From NCBI RefSeq assembly GCF_000002075.1, contig NW_004797578.1, positions 464,493 through 528,492 of the forward strand: a DNA stretch of 64,000 nt, written 5' to 3'. Source of the DNA: Aplysia californica. Lineage: Eukaryota. A program made the translations under genes and the position numbers. The notes beneath the pieces were generated by a model. The model made no database searches. It was not told where the DNA came from and saw only the letters and a program-made list of their open reading frames with translations. Below, one piece after another: positions 13,601-25,400 of the stretch (position 1 is its first letter; every line of letters starts with the position of its first letter).

Positions 13601-16600
13601 AGACAGCTAAATTGAGTCTAAGTGATGAAATTACTTGTAGTTTAGAAGCACTAGATTTTATTACTCTGCCATTTTTTAGTGGTGTTTTCACCGTTCTTCT
13701 GACCTGTAACTTTTCCTCTTCCCCCCAGTACAATGAGAGACTGGAGGGGGACTTCTCTGGCAGGTTCATTTTCAACAACTTTGCCCTGCACAAATTTGTG
13801 ACCCGCCGTAAAGAGTGGAGGGAAATTCAAGGGGCAAACTCAAAGAAGAAACAGCTCCTGAAAGGCATTTTGGAAGGTATGTTTGAATTTCTGTGTCATT
13901 TATGTCTGTTACTCCTCTAGACAACCTTCTAGGTGAACCTCGTATAACTTAATGTAAACGAGGCCCTTAACCCATTACACCCTAACTTGTCCAGGATCTC
14001 CTGGAAATTTCTTTACACTCTCCACCGTAAACTGCCTGGAATCACCCACCGCCCCCTTAACTCTTTATCTCCGGCAAGCCGCTCTCAGCGGCTCACGGTC
14101 AGAATCACTGTGCTGGTGAGTCGCTGACAGCGGCTCGTCCACATTCCTTTACGGCTTCGACGTCATATTGCTTTTTGGCAATTGCTGAAAACAGGTATCT
14201 TTTATCGGAAGTTCATTCTTTAGATGAAGAACTATCAAAATAAGCTTACTTGTTTTGATTTAATGACCAATTTAGTGACGATTTTGTCATTTTTAGATAC
14301 AGTCAGAGATGGCAACCAATACGATTTTACGTATTTTAGTATTTTTTGCCGAAAATACGCGAATACGACTTTTCATGAAAAAATATGCATCCTGGAATGC
14401 GAAAAATATGGGATTCAGCTCGGGCGAATAAACCTAATTATCCCAAGTCCCATCTTTTGTCAAAATAGTATCAATACCGCAGAACTGGAATATTTGAAAA
14501 CCAAGTCCGATAAGGTCAGTAAGTTCATTTTTGCCGGTCGCGATCGTGATATTAGGCAGCACCAGAGGACAAAGACTTGGAAGCACATTTCAGAATTTTG
14601 ATTAGAGCTTTCTGCAAAGTGCGCTTTGGTGCAGGCCGGGTGCGGAATCGGGACCCTTCATACTTTGCAAGTCTGTGTTATTGAAATAAAGTGTTCACGT
14701 TTCATTGGATGGGTGATTGTAAATTATACCTACAGTATGTTGTAGCTTTCTGTTCAAGACTGGCAGATTTTCAGTGTCACTGCATCTTGCCCTCCCACAG
14801 TTGTTACTACTCTCACAGTGCACGGGTCTACTTGAGCCATTCAAGTCATTACTTTTCTCTGAGTTTGAACAATAATTTGAGTCTGTTAGTTCATATTATG
14901 AATCATGGACACCCAGACTGGTTCTTGATAGTCAAAATTCTTGTTCAAGGCCCTTCCGAACTCTCAAAGCAGGATTTATTTTTTTCATAATAATGAGAGG
15001 AAAATATTAGCGGTATATAATAGACTGAAATACTTAAGTCAAACAAGACCCCAGTACGACACTGAACACTGACATGTTGTTGACTGGGTACATGTATGTT
15101 GTATGTGTGTGTGCTCCCTATTTCGAGCTGGTGAGCTAGTGATTTTTTTTCAGGAAATATTGCCGGACACCCTGAACATTTTACTATCACTAGTTGGTCG
15201 GTCGTGGGGAATACACATTTTCCCCTGAAAATACACATTTTCATATGTCCCAATACTCATTTCGGCTTTCTGTGGTTGGCATCTCTGTCTGTATCATCCC
15301 TTGTGGTCATACTGACCCTATGCATTCCAATCTCTTGCCATTGCTCTATTAGTAATAATCTTTGCTTGAGATTCAGACCTCCTAAATTATCTAAATTGTG
15401 TCAGTGGAGTTGAGGCGCTTAAAACTCCTGCATTTAAAAATGCTTGAGGTTTACAAAATGGAAGAGAATCTGGGATAGTTTTTGTGGCCAGTTGCTTTTG
15501 TCATTTACAGGCTTTCTCATGGTTTGGGTCTAGATCTAGACTAGATTGTGCCTTTGTTCCTTCTTGCCCTTTTGAGATTTTGTTTTTTTTTACGTTTTCT
15601 TTACCTGAAATTATAGAGAAAGAGACTTGGTGAGCTTTTGAAGACAGCAATGAAAGGCATCTTTTTTTTATTCCTGAATGAGAAACAATGTACCATCTTC
15701 TTTTTCATAATCTTCAAATGTTTTGAGTCTTAAGATGTTCTTTTTTCTTTTTTAGGAAAACAGCCCAAGAAAATGAAAGAGAAGAAAAAACCTTCCAGTC
15801 AACTTGCAGTTGAGGAAACTGAGGTAATTGCAGTATTTATACTTTCATTTTGTGTTCGTGTCACTGACCATGTCAATTGTTGAGATTTAGTTGGCAGATT
15901 TGGTGAAATTCCCATGTCTCGGGGACGATGGTTACATAACAGCTTTGTAGTTCTTCGAATTGTTGAATTTGAACTTTCCTATGCTGCATTTGAACTGACA
16001 ATAATAATAAATAGCATTTGTATAGCGCATATCCCCGCTCAACAGCAGGCTCTATGCGCTTTACACTATATTATTACCCCAGCAGACCATAGAACACTCC
16101 GAAACATTCTCTGCTTCCCGGGAAGCATACAGTGCAAGCAGCTGATTAAGTTCTCAAACACTAACAAACTGACAAGATCTTTCGATGTCTATAGCCGGGT
16201 ACCCATTCTGACCAGGGTGAAGTGAGGAAAATTTGTGTAAAGTGCCTTTCCCAAGGACACAACGTCGGGCCTCTGACGGGATTCGAACCCACGACCTTAC
16301 GGTTGTGAGTCCGAGAGCCTAACATGGCGGGTTTGGCAAGAAAGCCCGTGCTTCCACAGGTCACGGGGTCATTTACCTGCGCCGCCAGGGATTTCCTTTA
16401 TCAGCCGAACACCGGCAGCGCTCTTGGGTTTTTTTTTGCAAAGTTTATCAACACATTGAGCCAAAGCTAATGTAAGCCCGGACAACACAGCAGACGAGTC
16501 AGCCTAGAGAACTTTCTTTCTGATCGCCAACGCCGAGCTGTCAATATCGCTAACGTTTGAGAAAGAAACTTGATTCGACTTTTGATCAAGTAAGACTTAA

Positions 16601-17315
16601 AGGTCATGTGACAGTAAGTTACAGCATTTTTTTAAAGTCATGTTGCCATTGTGTGTTTTTTACTCTCTGTATAATGCCTTTTCTTCTCTATCCTTCAACC
16701 ATCTACCCCATCCCCTATTGCTTTTTGCCGTCCAATTTAATCTTTGGGGTAAACAAGCAGTGGTTCTTTTGTGGCCCGCTGTAAAATAGCTTTGTGGAAA
16801 TTTTTTTTTTTTTTTTCGTTTCTCAGAACCCGACTGACTTTGTTGATGAGAGCAACGAGAAGAATCCCAGTCAGTCACTGGATGGTCCGCAACAAAAGAA
16901 GAAAAAGGAAAAGGCTGCCGTCTGTGAAGCTGTCATTGACCGGCTGCCCACATCTGGTGTTCTGGATGAGTCGAGCAATGTTGATAATGACGATAACAAA
17001 AAGAGTAGAAACAGGAAGAAGGAAAAGAAACGGGTAGTGAGAACTGCGGATAAGGCGAGTGATTCAGACACTGTACCTGTGAAAAAGAAAAGAAAACGAG
17101 ATCAAGGGGAAAGTGTTGGGGATGAGGAAGAAGTTATTGTGTCTAAAAAGAAGAAGAAGAAACAGAAAAATGTTAGTGGCAGTAGCATTAAGAAGAATAC
17201 AAATACTGAACGTGTGAAAAAGAAGAAACGAGATCAGGAGAAAAGTATTGAGGATGAGGAAGAGGTTATTGTGCCAAAGAAAAAGAAGAAGAAACAGAAA
17301 GATGTTCATGAATGA
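1297..17315 (+). CDS. NOP9: Nucleolar protein 9 (Pumilio/PUF-repeat 18S rRNA maturation factor), 13 coding exons, ~800 aa
   Basis: join(1297-1498,1755-2026,3269-3440,4734-4841,5739-5901,6879-7068,8043-8171,9459-9590,11416-11634,13001-13111,13729-13876,15756-15823,16827-17315). All introns are GT-AG, phases are compatible, total 2403 nt. NOP9-type motifs: YYRQV, FASHVFQAL, HVYGSHVLRTLL, HPFANYVLQ, YHGSMILQQLL, KGSHVVDVF, ACNKVGSRCLENIW, FSGRFIFNNFAL. Confidence 0.93.
1755..2026 (+). CDS. NOP9: NOP9 exon 2
   Basis: ttcag| DQFLANVF...FASHVFQALIQ...KQVK |gtaagt; a weaker in-frame donor lies at 2021. Confidence 0.9.
3269..3440 (+). CDS. NOP9: NOP9 exon 3
   Basis: polyY-cag| ESAQVLF...HVYGSHVLRTLLEVLGG...MKKV |gtaagt. 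Confidence 0.92.
3841..4627. mobile_element. Tc1/mariner-pogo-type MITE
   Basis: TIR CAGTCAAACCTG...CAGGTTTGACTG followed by TA; repeated gacggccacctg subterminal motifs; related fragment at ~51370-51490. Confidence 0.75.
4734..4841 (+). CDS. NOP9: NOP9 exon 4
   Basis: ccag| ADRPEVDSG...KLCNYE |gtttgt, phase 1/1. Confidence 0.85.
5739..5901 (+). CDS. NOP9: NOP9 exon 5
   Basis: ccag| DHLSDNNYSPVLQTVLLIL...DIVN |gtttgt, phase 1/2. Confidence 0.88.
5960..6292 (+). mobile_element. Family B SINE, 5'-truncated
   Basis: Matches the 3' two-thirds of 10152-10675. Confidence 0.8.
6879..7068 (+). CDS. NOP9: NOP9 exon 6
   Basis: gcag| RLPLLVQDNIGSFVVE...HPFANYVLQKML...KKL |gtatgt. Confidence 0.92.
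8043..8171 (+). CDS. NOP9: NOP9 exon 7
   Basis: ctatag| MQNILDDISKYIEDILAVNHCGIVTKLAEAC...QFLQ |gtaatt. Confidence 0.9.
8190..8520 (-). mobile_element. CORE-type SINE, 5'-truncated, with internal 71-bp tandem duplication
   Basis: Same family; 8342-8412 is repeated at 8413-8482. Confidence 0.8.
9459..9590 (+). CDS. NOP9: NOP9 exon 8
   Basis: ctcag| VLMSAFHCYEP...EEGAS |gtaagt. Confidence 0.9.
9948..10151 (+). mobile_element. tRNA/CORE-type SINE with a different tail
   Basis: ggttcgagcc B box, gttgtgtccctgggaaaggcactttacac core, tail gttgataggggcgttaaac; a family B copy is inserted at its 3' end. Confidence 0.65.
10152..10675 (+). mobile_element. Family B tRNA-head SINE, full length
   Basis: A box tggcctagagg, B box ggttcgaatcc, internal gcacgttaaagatccc (Deu/Nin-like core, inferred), shared 3' stem-loop tail, TSD aaacctatacc. 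Confidence 0.85.
11416..11634 (+). CDS. NOP9: NOP9 exon 9
   Basis: ccag| ALLKTVSYHGSMILQQLL...KGSHVVDVFF...KKLV |gtaggg. Confidence 0.92.
13001..13111 (+). CDS. NOP9: NOP9 exon 10
   Basis: ctcag| GLYINMACNKVGSRCLENIW...EDLSK |gttctt; weak donor but phase 0 matches the next exon. Confidence 0.88.
13729..13876 (+). CDS. NOP9: NOP9 exon 11
   Basis: cccag| YNERLEGDFSGRFIFNNFALHKF...GILE |gtatgt. Confidence 0.9.
14057..14300 (+). mobile_element. Left end of a TTAA-flanked DNA element
   Basis: ttaactctttatctcc...gccgctctcagcggctc; homologous stretch at 33952-34195. Confidence 0.55.
15756..15823 (+). CDS. NOP9: NOP9 exon 12
   Basis: polyY-tag| GKQPKKMKEKKKPSSQLAVEETE |gtaatt; supplies the required phase 1 to 0 bridge. 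Confidence 0.8.
16000..16324 (-). mobile_element. CORE-type SINE
   Basis: Near-identical to 31008-31342. Confidence 0.85.
16827..17315 (+). CDS. NOP9: NOP9 exon 13 (Lys/Glu-rich tail, stop codon)
   Basis: polyY-cag| NPTDFVDE...KKKKKKQKDVHE*; TGA at 17313-17315. Confidence 0.82.
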   Translation, partial: NPTDFVDESNEKNPSQSLDGPQQKKKKEKAAVCEAVIDRLPTSGVLDESSNVDNDDNKKSRNRKKEKKRVVRTADKASDSDTVPVKKKRKRDQGESVGDEEEVIVSKKKKKKQKNVSGSSIKKNTNTERVKKKKRDQEKSIEDEEEVIVPKKKKKKQKDVHE

Positions 17316-17899
17316 TAATAGTAGGGATAAGAACAAGGGGGGAAAACAAAGATGAAGAAGAGAATAAGGTAAGAGATGGGGAGATGTTGTTGCATTTAAC
17401 CCTTTCATTGCCAGGTTGTATGCGTTCCTGTCAGCACTGATTTTGAGCTGAGCTCGTTTCTCAGGACAGCAGCCTAATGTTTCAGTATTAGTGGACGCGC
17501 GGTCTAGATCTAGCGCTCTCATTACATATTTCAGACACTGGGTCTTTGATTGTCACTTTTCTTATCGGATCAGATTAACGAGTAAATGTCCTCTTTGGAA
17601 AGTGGTGGCACAGAGTCCCCCACATCGTATGGATGCGATAGTAAAACACAACGTACGGATAGGATTAAAAGAGCTGGAAGACCTTCAGCAGAGGCTGATG
17701 AAAAGTAACTTTTGAGGAATAAATTAGAGTATGTGGAATAGAGCCAGGAAAAAACAGGATGAGGTTGAGGTGGCTGTTGTAGAGAAAGACACTGCCTGCA
17801 GGTGGATAGGTGGGATATCGAGGGGAGTTCTGTGGACAGGTGGGATACTTACTTTACTTTCATGAGATATTGAGGAGAGTTCTGTGGACAGATGAGATA

Positions 17900-18348
17900 C
17901 AGTGGAACTCGGATTCAACGAGGTCGCCAGGCCCCACCTAAAATCTCGTTGAATCCGAGTGTTTGTTATAGCAAACATGAGGTTTTGTGTAGATAATTAC
18001 AGGCACTGAGCAAGTAATGTATAAAGGGAAGTCACAAATAGTGCCTGAAATGCCTGCATATTATGAGGTGTGTAAAAAAAAAAGACCGATTCGTTCGAAT
18101 GCACACACCTGTGTCATCTCGATTGTTTACCCCAAAGTTGTGTTGCTGTGAAGAGCCAAGCATACGGCAACTTTTGATTCCATAGACAAGCGCACAATTC
18201 ATTACGTAGATCTACGTCAAGAGTAGCTTATCATTGTAATAATGATCAGTTGCCGAGGGTTATTTTTATTGATTTTAAAGAAGAAGAAAAACGGGGATTC
18301 TATCTCATATCGTTGAATCCGAGTTCTTGTTGAATCCGAGTTCCACTG
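17900..18348. mobile_element. Tc1/mariner-pogo-type MITE in the putative NOP9 3' UTR
   Basis: TA|CAGTGGAACTCGGATTCAAC...GTTGAATCCGAGTTCCACTG|TA; interrupts a ~52-bp tandem repeat (17810-18410). Confidence 0.85.
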
Positions 18349-18548
18349 TACTTACTTTACTTTCATGGGATATTGAGGGGAGTTCTGCGGACAGGTGGGA
18401 TATTGTGAGGGGAATTCCGATAAATTTATTGGGCACGAGGAAATATTTCACTTTTTATAATAATGGTGAAGTTGGATTTCACAAGGTACAGCAGAAAAAT
18501 GTGGTTTCCAGATTTCCTTGTTGTTTTGTTATTATGCTAATTTCATGT

Positions 18549-18554
18549 AAATAA
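18549..18554 (+). terminator. Candidate polyadenylation signal of NOP9
   Basis: AATAAA followed by a T-rich downstream region; an earlier AATAAA occurs near 17718. Confidence 0.4.
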
Positions 18555-20188
18555 AAAAGTTCAAATTTATTTGCCTTTTGATTTTATTATTTTGTTTGTC
18601 CTCTTGTTGTAACCTTATGGTTCTAAACGTGTGTGACCCAAGTAGTCACTTTTCACATGATTTTGTGTCTTTTCGTTAACTCATCAGCCCTAGCAGTCTT
18701 CCCAGCTGGAGGTCAGCTAACACAGAGATGGGTTTGCATTTTTGCCAATATTTGAAACGATGTCATTTCCTGCTCCTTTCCTTTATTAACGCTGCTAACG
18801 CTAACCATTGAACATAATGGACTGAGAAGATCATTTTGAGATTCATCATTCTTTGAAGCATTCATTTTTGCACTTCTGTGTTTGCTGCATGAGTGAGGGA
18901 TGTGTTTGGATGTGGAAACAAAAGTCCGAACATTCATTGGTGACATCATCAGATTAGAGGCTGGTTGGCTGGTCACTGGTCATGCTTGTAACTGTTGATG
19001 GAGAGGGGGGGTAAATGTATGTAAGTCTATATATTGAAATTGATAAGATAAATCTTAACTGTCCTGATCCTGTCAAATTGGTTTGTTGTTTCTCCACATA
19101 CACTCATGCGCAAACTGACTCGCGTGTGCACACCCATCCACACACATTCTCTCACACCTCTTCTTCTCCATCCACATGTGTGCATATATAACTATACACG
19201 TGTGGTTGGCGGGTGCTCTGGTGTGGTTTGCTCCTTCTTTCCTATCAAACATCTATCGTCCTTATCTCACCTCCTTTTTTGTGTTTGCTACTCTCTTGTA
19301 ACACTTCTATTCTTTGGCATTGATATGACCTTATTGTGTTGCAAGTGCCGTAAAATTCTTTTTAAAAAAAGAAAAGAAAAAAAGCATGTAACTACAATAA
19401 TGCAATAGTATAGTATACTTAAGCATTGAAGAATATTGTAACAACAGGCAAGTTTGACGGAAAGAGAGGCAGAGGCAGACAGAGAGAAAAGATACTGGAC
19501 TAGTTGACAACATGGCTAGGAGTGGCAAGAACAACAGACACCATTGCTGCAACGCGGGGCAGAGTGAAATGGAGGTCCATGATCGCCCACGCCAGTCGGC
19601 AAGGCACCGGATGATAGTATGCTTGCACTGACGAACAGGCTCAGTCACATACATGTACATAATATAAATGAACAATAATAAATATTGTTACCATTAATAA
19701 ATAGCGTACACGCTAAATACTTTTTTCGTGTGTTTTTTTACGGCGCTCACAACTGCATAAGGTTATATGAGTGCGCGGGACCATTAAAATTAGACATTTT
19801 CAGTCGGTAGGAAATATTGAATTTTGCCAAGGTGGCGGCCGAAGCCTACTCTTTTCGATTTTAGACCACCAAGGGATCTTTAACGAGCGCAACTTGCACG
19901 CGGGACTCCGAAATTTTTTGCCCTTGTCCGTGAAGGTTAGGTGTAGATCTGTCCTACCTGAAGATAAGGAGTGTGGCTGAAAGACAGCAGTAAGAAGGAG
20001 CCAAGGAGTAACAGTAGAAAGAGTCAGGAGCCCAGAGGAGGGGGCGAAGGAGGTGAAGGGGTGGGGGCAGAAAGTGGAGACGAAAGCAGACAACAGAACA
20101 TTGCTAGAGAGCAGGAAAGTGGATATGAAAGGAGACAATTTTAAAGGACAAGTTTCAGTCCCTATCTGGATTCGAACCCAGGACCTTT

Positions 20189-20935
20189 CTGTCCCCGTAA
20201 AATTATGCTAATTTAGATGGCCAAATTATTCCCCAAAAATGCCAAATTATGCAAAAATTATGCAAGTTATCGTAACACCATTCGCGACATGTTTTGCACT
20301 TTTTCAACACGAATTTTCATGATTTTCATGTTTTATGTACAGAAAAATTTAAAACAGAACATATCAGTATCACTAATTTGTTGTGTATTTGGAAAGAAAA
20401 CAATACACATCAGTAAGAAAAAAACAACCAAAAAATATAATCTCTAACTTTCAGCTGTAGATCTAGATCTAGTTCTAATCTAGATCTATAGAGGAAAGAA
20501 AAATGTTTAAAAAAAAAAAAAGGAAATCTGGACCTCTGATGCTGGCACATTACTAAAACCAAGGACACCTGTCAAACATGAAACATCAGCATACATGAGA
20601 ACAACAACTTTTGATGGATTGTAAAATTGAACTTGCTCAAGGAACAAAATCACAACTCAAAGGCCCTAACCAAGATCTTCTAACAAGGGAAATAACCAAC
20701 TTTTTACTTACATGAGACTTATTACCAGAGACACTAAAATATAGAGACAGGTTCCTGTCTCTATATTTTAGTGTCTCTGTTATTACGGTAATTATTTCCC
20801 TTTAGTCACATGGCGAGGCGTTAATTGTTTTGTGAAAAAAAAGGGTAAAAAAAGCGAGGAATCCAAAATTATGCAAATGTTGCAGAATTACGCGAAAAAA
20901 CGGGGCCGCACTATCGCATAATCCTACAGGGACAG
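20189..20935. mobile_element. CTGTCC...GGACAG MITE with 6-bp TSD (long form)
   Basis: TIR ctgtccccgtaaaattatgc / gcataatcctacagggacag; TSD accttt. Confidence 0.85.
20726..20779. mobile_element. 54-bp perfect hairpin mini-MITE (P-like)
   Basis: 26-bp perfect arms cagagacactaaaatatagagacagg, 2-nt loop, 7-bp TSD ttattac. Confidence 0.8.
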
Positions 20936-21116
20936 ACCTTTGAATGAGAGGCGAGCACCTTAACCTCTAGGCCACGAGAGCCCCCGTGGCGTCATTGCAG
21001 ATTGCTCTTCTAGTCTTCTCCCTACCTGCAGTGTCCTGCAGTACATTATGTAGCCTACCTATCCATGAATGCTAAAGCACAACTGTTCATTACAGATGCA
21101 TGATTTCTTTCTCTGC

Positions 21117-22049
21117 NNNNNNNNNNNNNNNNNNNNNNNNNNNNNNNNNNNNNNNNNNNNNNNNNNNNNNNNNNNNNNNNNNNNNNNNNNNNNNNNNNNN
21201 NNNNNNNNNNNNNNNNNNNNNNNNNNNNNNNNNNNNNNNNNNNNNNNNNNNNNNNNNNNNNNNNNNNNNNNNNNNNNNNNNNNNNNNNNNNNNNNNNNNN
21301 NNNNNNNNNNNNNNNNNNNNNNNNNNNNNNNNNNNNNNNNNNNNNNNNNNNNNNNNNNNNNNNNNNNNNNNNNNNNNNNNNNNNNNNNNNNNNNNNNNNN
21401 NNNNNNNNNNNNNNNNNNNNNNNNNNNNNNNNNNNNNNNNNNNNNNNNNNNNNNNNNNNNNNNNNNNNNNNNNNNNNNNNNNNNNNNNNNNNNNNNNNNN
21501 NNNNNNNNNNNNNNNNNNNNNNNNNNNNNNNNNNNNNNNNNNNNNNNNNNNNNNNNNNNNNNNNNNNNNNNNNNNNNNNNNNNNNNNNNNNNNNNNNNNN
21601 NNNNNNNNNNNNNNNNNNNNNNNNNNNNNNNNNNNNNNNNNNNNNNNNNNNNNNNNNNNNNNNNNNNNNNNNNNNNNNNNNNNNNNNNNNNNNNNNNNNN
21701 NNNNNNNNNNNNNNNNNNNNNNNNNNNNNNNNNNNNNNNNNNNNNNNNNNNNNNNNNNNNNNNNNNNNNNNNNNNNNNNNNNNNNNNNNNNNNNNNNNNN
21801 NNNNNNNNNNNNNNNNNNNNNNNNNNNNNNNNNNNNNNNNNNNNNNNNNNNNNNNNNNNNNNNNNNNNNNNNNNNNNNNNNNNNNNNNNNNNNNNNNNNN
21901 NNNNNNNNNNNNNNNNNNNNNNNNNNNNNNNNNNNNNNNNNNNNNNNNNNNNNNNNNNNNNNNNNNNNNNNNNNNNNNNNNNNNNNNNNNNNNNNNNNNN
22001 NNNNNNNNNNNNNNNNNNNNNNNNNNNNNNNNNNNNNNNNNNNNNNNNN
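21117..22049. other. Assembly gap between NOP9 and METTL17
   Basis: Run of N flanked by (CT)n. Confidence 0.99.
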
Positions 22050-22096
<47 letters not shown>

Positions 22097-22286
22097 AATC
22101 TCGAACTGGCTCGAACATTGATTTCGATGTGCAACATTGATTTTCATGTGCGTCGTTCATTGAAGAGAGAGAGACTGTTTCTTTGGACAGTACATGCAAT
22201 TAATTTTTGTAGTCAGAAAAATCACGAATACCAAAGAAAACGACGGTGTAAGCCAGAGGGGAAAGGTCATAGGTCACTATCAGAAA

Positions 22287-22430
22287 ATGGCTGCCTCCAT
22301 GAACAAGGTTGGAGTCTTGTCAAAGCCTTCTATTTTCCTGCGAATTCTTGGTCAGTCTGGCGCTTCACTTGTTACAATACGAGGACCTTTGTCTTATTGT
22401 CAGGGTGTTTTCATTTGTAGAAGTATTTCG
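22287..22430 (+). CDS. METTL17: METTL17 exon 1 (mitochondrial presequence-like)
   Basis: aaaATGgct MAASMNKVGVLSKPSIFLRILG...CRSIS |gtgagt; basic, no acidic residues. Confidence 0.8.
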
Positions 22431-25400
22431 GTGAGTTTTGTCATGGATCTGTTGTGTTCTGTCATTATCATCAGTGGACATCAGTAGTACACAGTACAGT
22501 ACAGAGTGTCAGTGTCAGTCAGCAGCAGCAGACTACAAATTATGTACTAGATTTCTAGATCTAGAATCTAGATCTAGACTCTAGAATCTAGATCTAGATA
22601 CATTACAGCTCCTACATTTAACAAGATGATAAGATCTACTCTGAACACATGCGGTTAAACGTAGAACGACGTACCTGCCTGATTGGCTGCTTATTTTAGT
22701 AATGTGATGTCGTCACATCCTGGGATACCCACAGACTGTCTCTAGAAGCTAGAAGACCGCAGAGATATAAAAGATTCTCTACTACACTACACACTACACG
22801 ATCTATGGAGATACCGCATGGTATGACATGTTGGGTCAGGGGCTTGACCTATTATCCGTATCGATGTGTTTCGTACGGTAAAACTTCACACTTGCGGCTA
22901 ACTACAGCACGTCAGCCATGCTCTGGTGATGGAAGATCGCTTAGATCGATGATGCTCAGAACAGTAAGAACGCCGTTGCTTGAAACTGAAACAACACGGT
23001 AAATGCAAAGACAATAAAGCACGCGAAAATTTCTGTAAAGAGGCCCAGAGATTACCCCCACCCCCCCACCCCACGGGCCCGATAAACAATGCTCAGAAGA
23101 GATGAGCAGCAGCATCATCGGAGCACCGCATCATGTCACATTACCAGTACATCTCCTGGTAAAACAGCGCACCAAATGTCGTGCCATGGTAGGTATACAC
23201 GATTTTTGGTGCCATGCGGTTGGCTATGTTTAGATCATGTAGTCACGTGATCAGATGGGGTATCTTGGTCTGACGTCACTCAAGATGGCCGCCTTACCCA
23301 AAAATAGTTGGCGTCGTTCTCTGTTTAGTCGCATGTACTCTGAACTCACTGTTTTATTATTAAATTACATTATAAATATATATCCAGCCTAATTCTAATA
23401 GTATATATATATATATATCGTAAAACTATTCTGAGTTTTCTTAATTCTTTACTTACACTAGATCTAGACTATGACGTGTACCTCTACTTAAAGTTTTTAT
23501 TTTTAGTTCAATTAATTGGAGACAGGTTTGCTCTGTCTCTACTCTCACTCAGTCTCTCCAGTAGATATCTCTAGTAGGGCCAAGGGCGGGTTGTGTCTGG
23601 AAGAGGGACAGAGTAAGTCTCTTAACTTAGTTTACTATTAGAGCTTGTTTTAGTCTGACTGTGGTTAGAACAAAGTAAAATGAAATCCCCCGGTTTAGTT
23701 TTAATCTTATCAGATCTTTGCATGGGTCTAAAAGTTGGATGATTAACAGAATCATAAAAAGTCATACTTTTCTAGGCTCACGTCGAGACGTACACCATGC
23801 CATGTGATGAAATCTACAATCTTACACTTAGCCTGCACTGTAATGTGGGGGATGGGTGGTGTAACTCTAACAAAATTATGAGCAATTTGCAGGCAGGTTA
23901 CTGTCAGTTAATTTATGTTCTCGTGATCCTGCGACCTATGCATGCACCCAGTCAAAGAGCGGTTTTTAGTATAGCATGGTCCAAATAGAGAAACTTTTTT
24001 ATTACTAGATCGAGATTTTTTATAAAAAGTTGTTCGCTGTCCTGCAGAAGTGCGATGCAAAGTTTCATTGGCACAGGTAAATTAACAAAATGAGCTAGAA
24101 TTTTTTTAACATGGACAGACGAAGGTTAACAAGCTATTTAATCTTCTTAGGTCTTAGAGAGGAGTTTATCATAGTTTATGTACCTCTTTCTTAGTGATTC
24201 CTGTAGATTTCAGCATAATAATTCAACTTGGCAATGTTTTATTCAGATTTGGAGAATTTGGTTATTAAGGTAAGATTCGACTCTACTTTTGGGGGAGGGG
24301 GGGGTATTCCCCCAGAGGAATCGTGAGTGCAAAATGATAACAGTAAGAATATAGTACTACAATAAAAGACTGGTGATAGTCTAATCTGAATCATAATACC
24401 TAAACTCTCTAAGGGGGCTCTCGCGGTCTAGAGGTACGGAGTTTGCCTCTCATTCAATAGGTACCGGGTTAGAAAAATACCTGACAGCGACAGAAAATTT
24501 CATTCTCTAAAAAAAATATTTTTTTTTTTGTTTCAGTTATGTTAAATCAGATTTCAATTAATAATGTACTATTTTATATAAATGTGATTTTCCCATCTGA
24601 CTTTCAGGAGTCTCAGGCTGACACAGATGGCTTGCCGTTGAGCCACGTAATTACCAGAGAGAGCAAGGTGGATAGTTCAGTCGCCCAGCGACTTGAAGCA
24701 CGACAGGGTAGTGCTAATGAGTTCATCAAGTACAGAGGCCATGATGGGGTCATGAGGCGTACTCGGACACAGGTTCCCACTCGTTTGATCAAGGCAATGA
24801 AGATCTTGATGGAAAGTAAGACATGCAAAAAAAATTTGGTAAACAGATAGCTGCTTTTGTAAAACTGTTTCTTAATTTGAAATTTTGCTGTTCTCAAATT
24901 TGAATGTTAAGTTTGGAGCTAGTGTAGAATGGTACAAAAATTAAGAGGAAACAAAGTTGTAAAATATTCCTTGCATTTTATTCGTATAATCTTCTGTTCA
25001 TAAAAATTAAGTGAAAACTGCAGGGCCTACACTTTAAAATGTTGATTGCTTGTTATTTGTATAATCTTTTGTACACTGAGTGTGCCTTTGCACCGATAAA
25101 AGTTATTTGTCTTGTACTGCTGCCAAAAAAAAAAAATTATTTTGGTGTCTTCCTGCATTCTTCAAGATTTTGATTTTTCATTTATGCACTTTTATTGAGC
25201 TTCTTGTTACTTTAACTATAGTTTGTTTTTCTCTCTTACTTGCTGATTTCAGATTTTGTCTTTACTTTTTATTAACAGAGTACCCAATGGAATCAGTTAC
25301 AGCAAAGGCAGAACAGCTTGTTAAGTACCTAACACAAAGACAACCGCCCCTGTCGGATCAAGAAATAAATGATAAAGCAGTGGCAGTTGAAAGGAAATTG

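Larger units (their letters stand above)
19725..20985 (-). mobile_element. Family B SINE split by a nested MITE
   Basis: Reverse complement of the 10152 copy; head interrupted at 20189-20935. Confidence 0.85.

Noticed and set aside
21055-22147. Long ORFs across N runs (also near 49.7k, 51k, 53.5-53.9k, 58.2k and 60k)
   Set aside because: Artefacts of assembly gaps.
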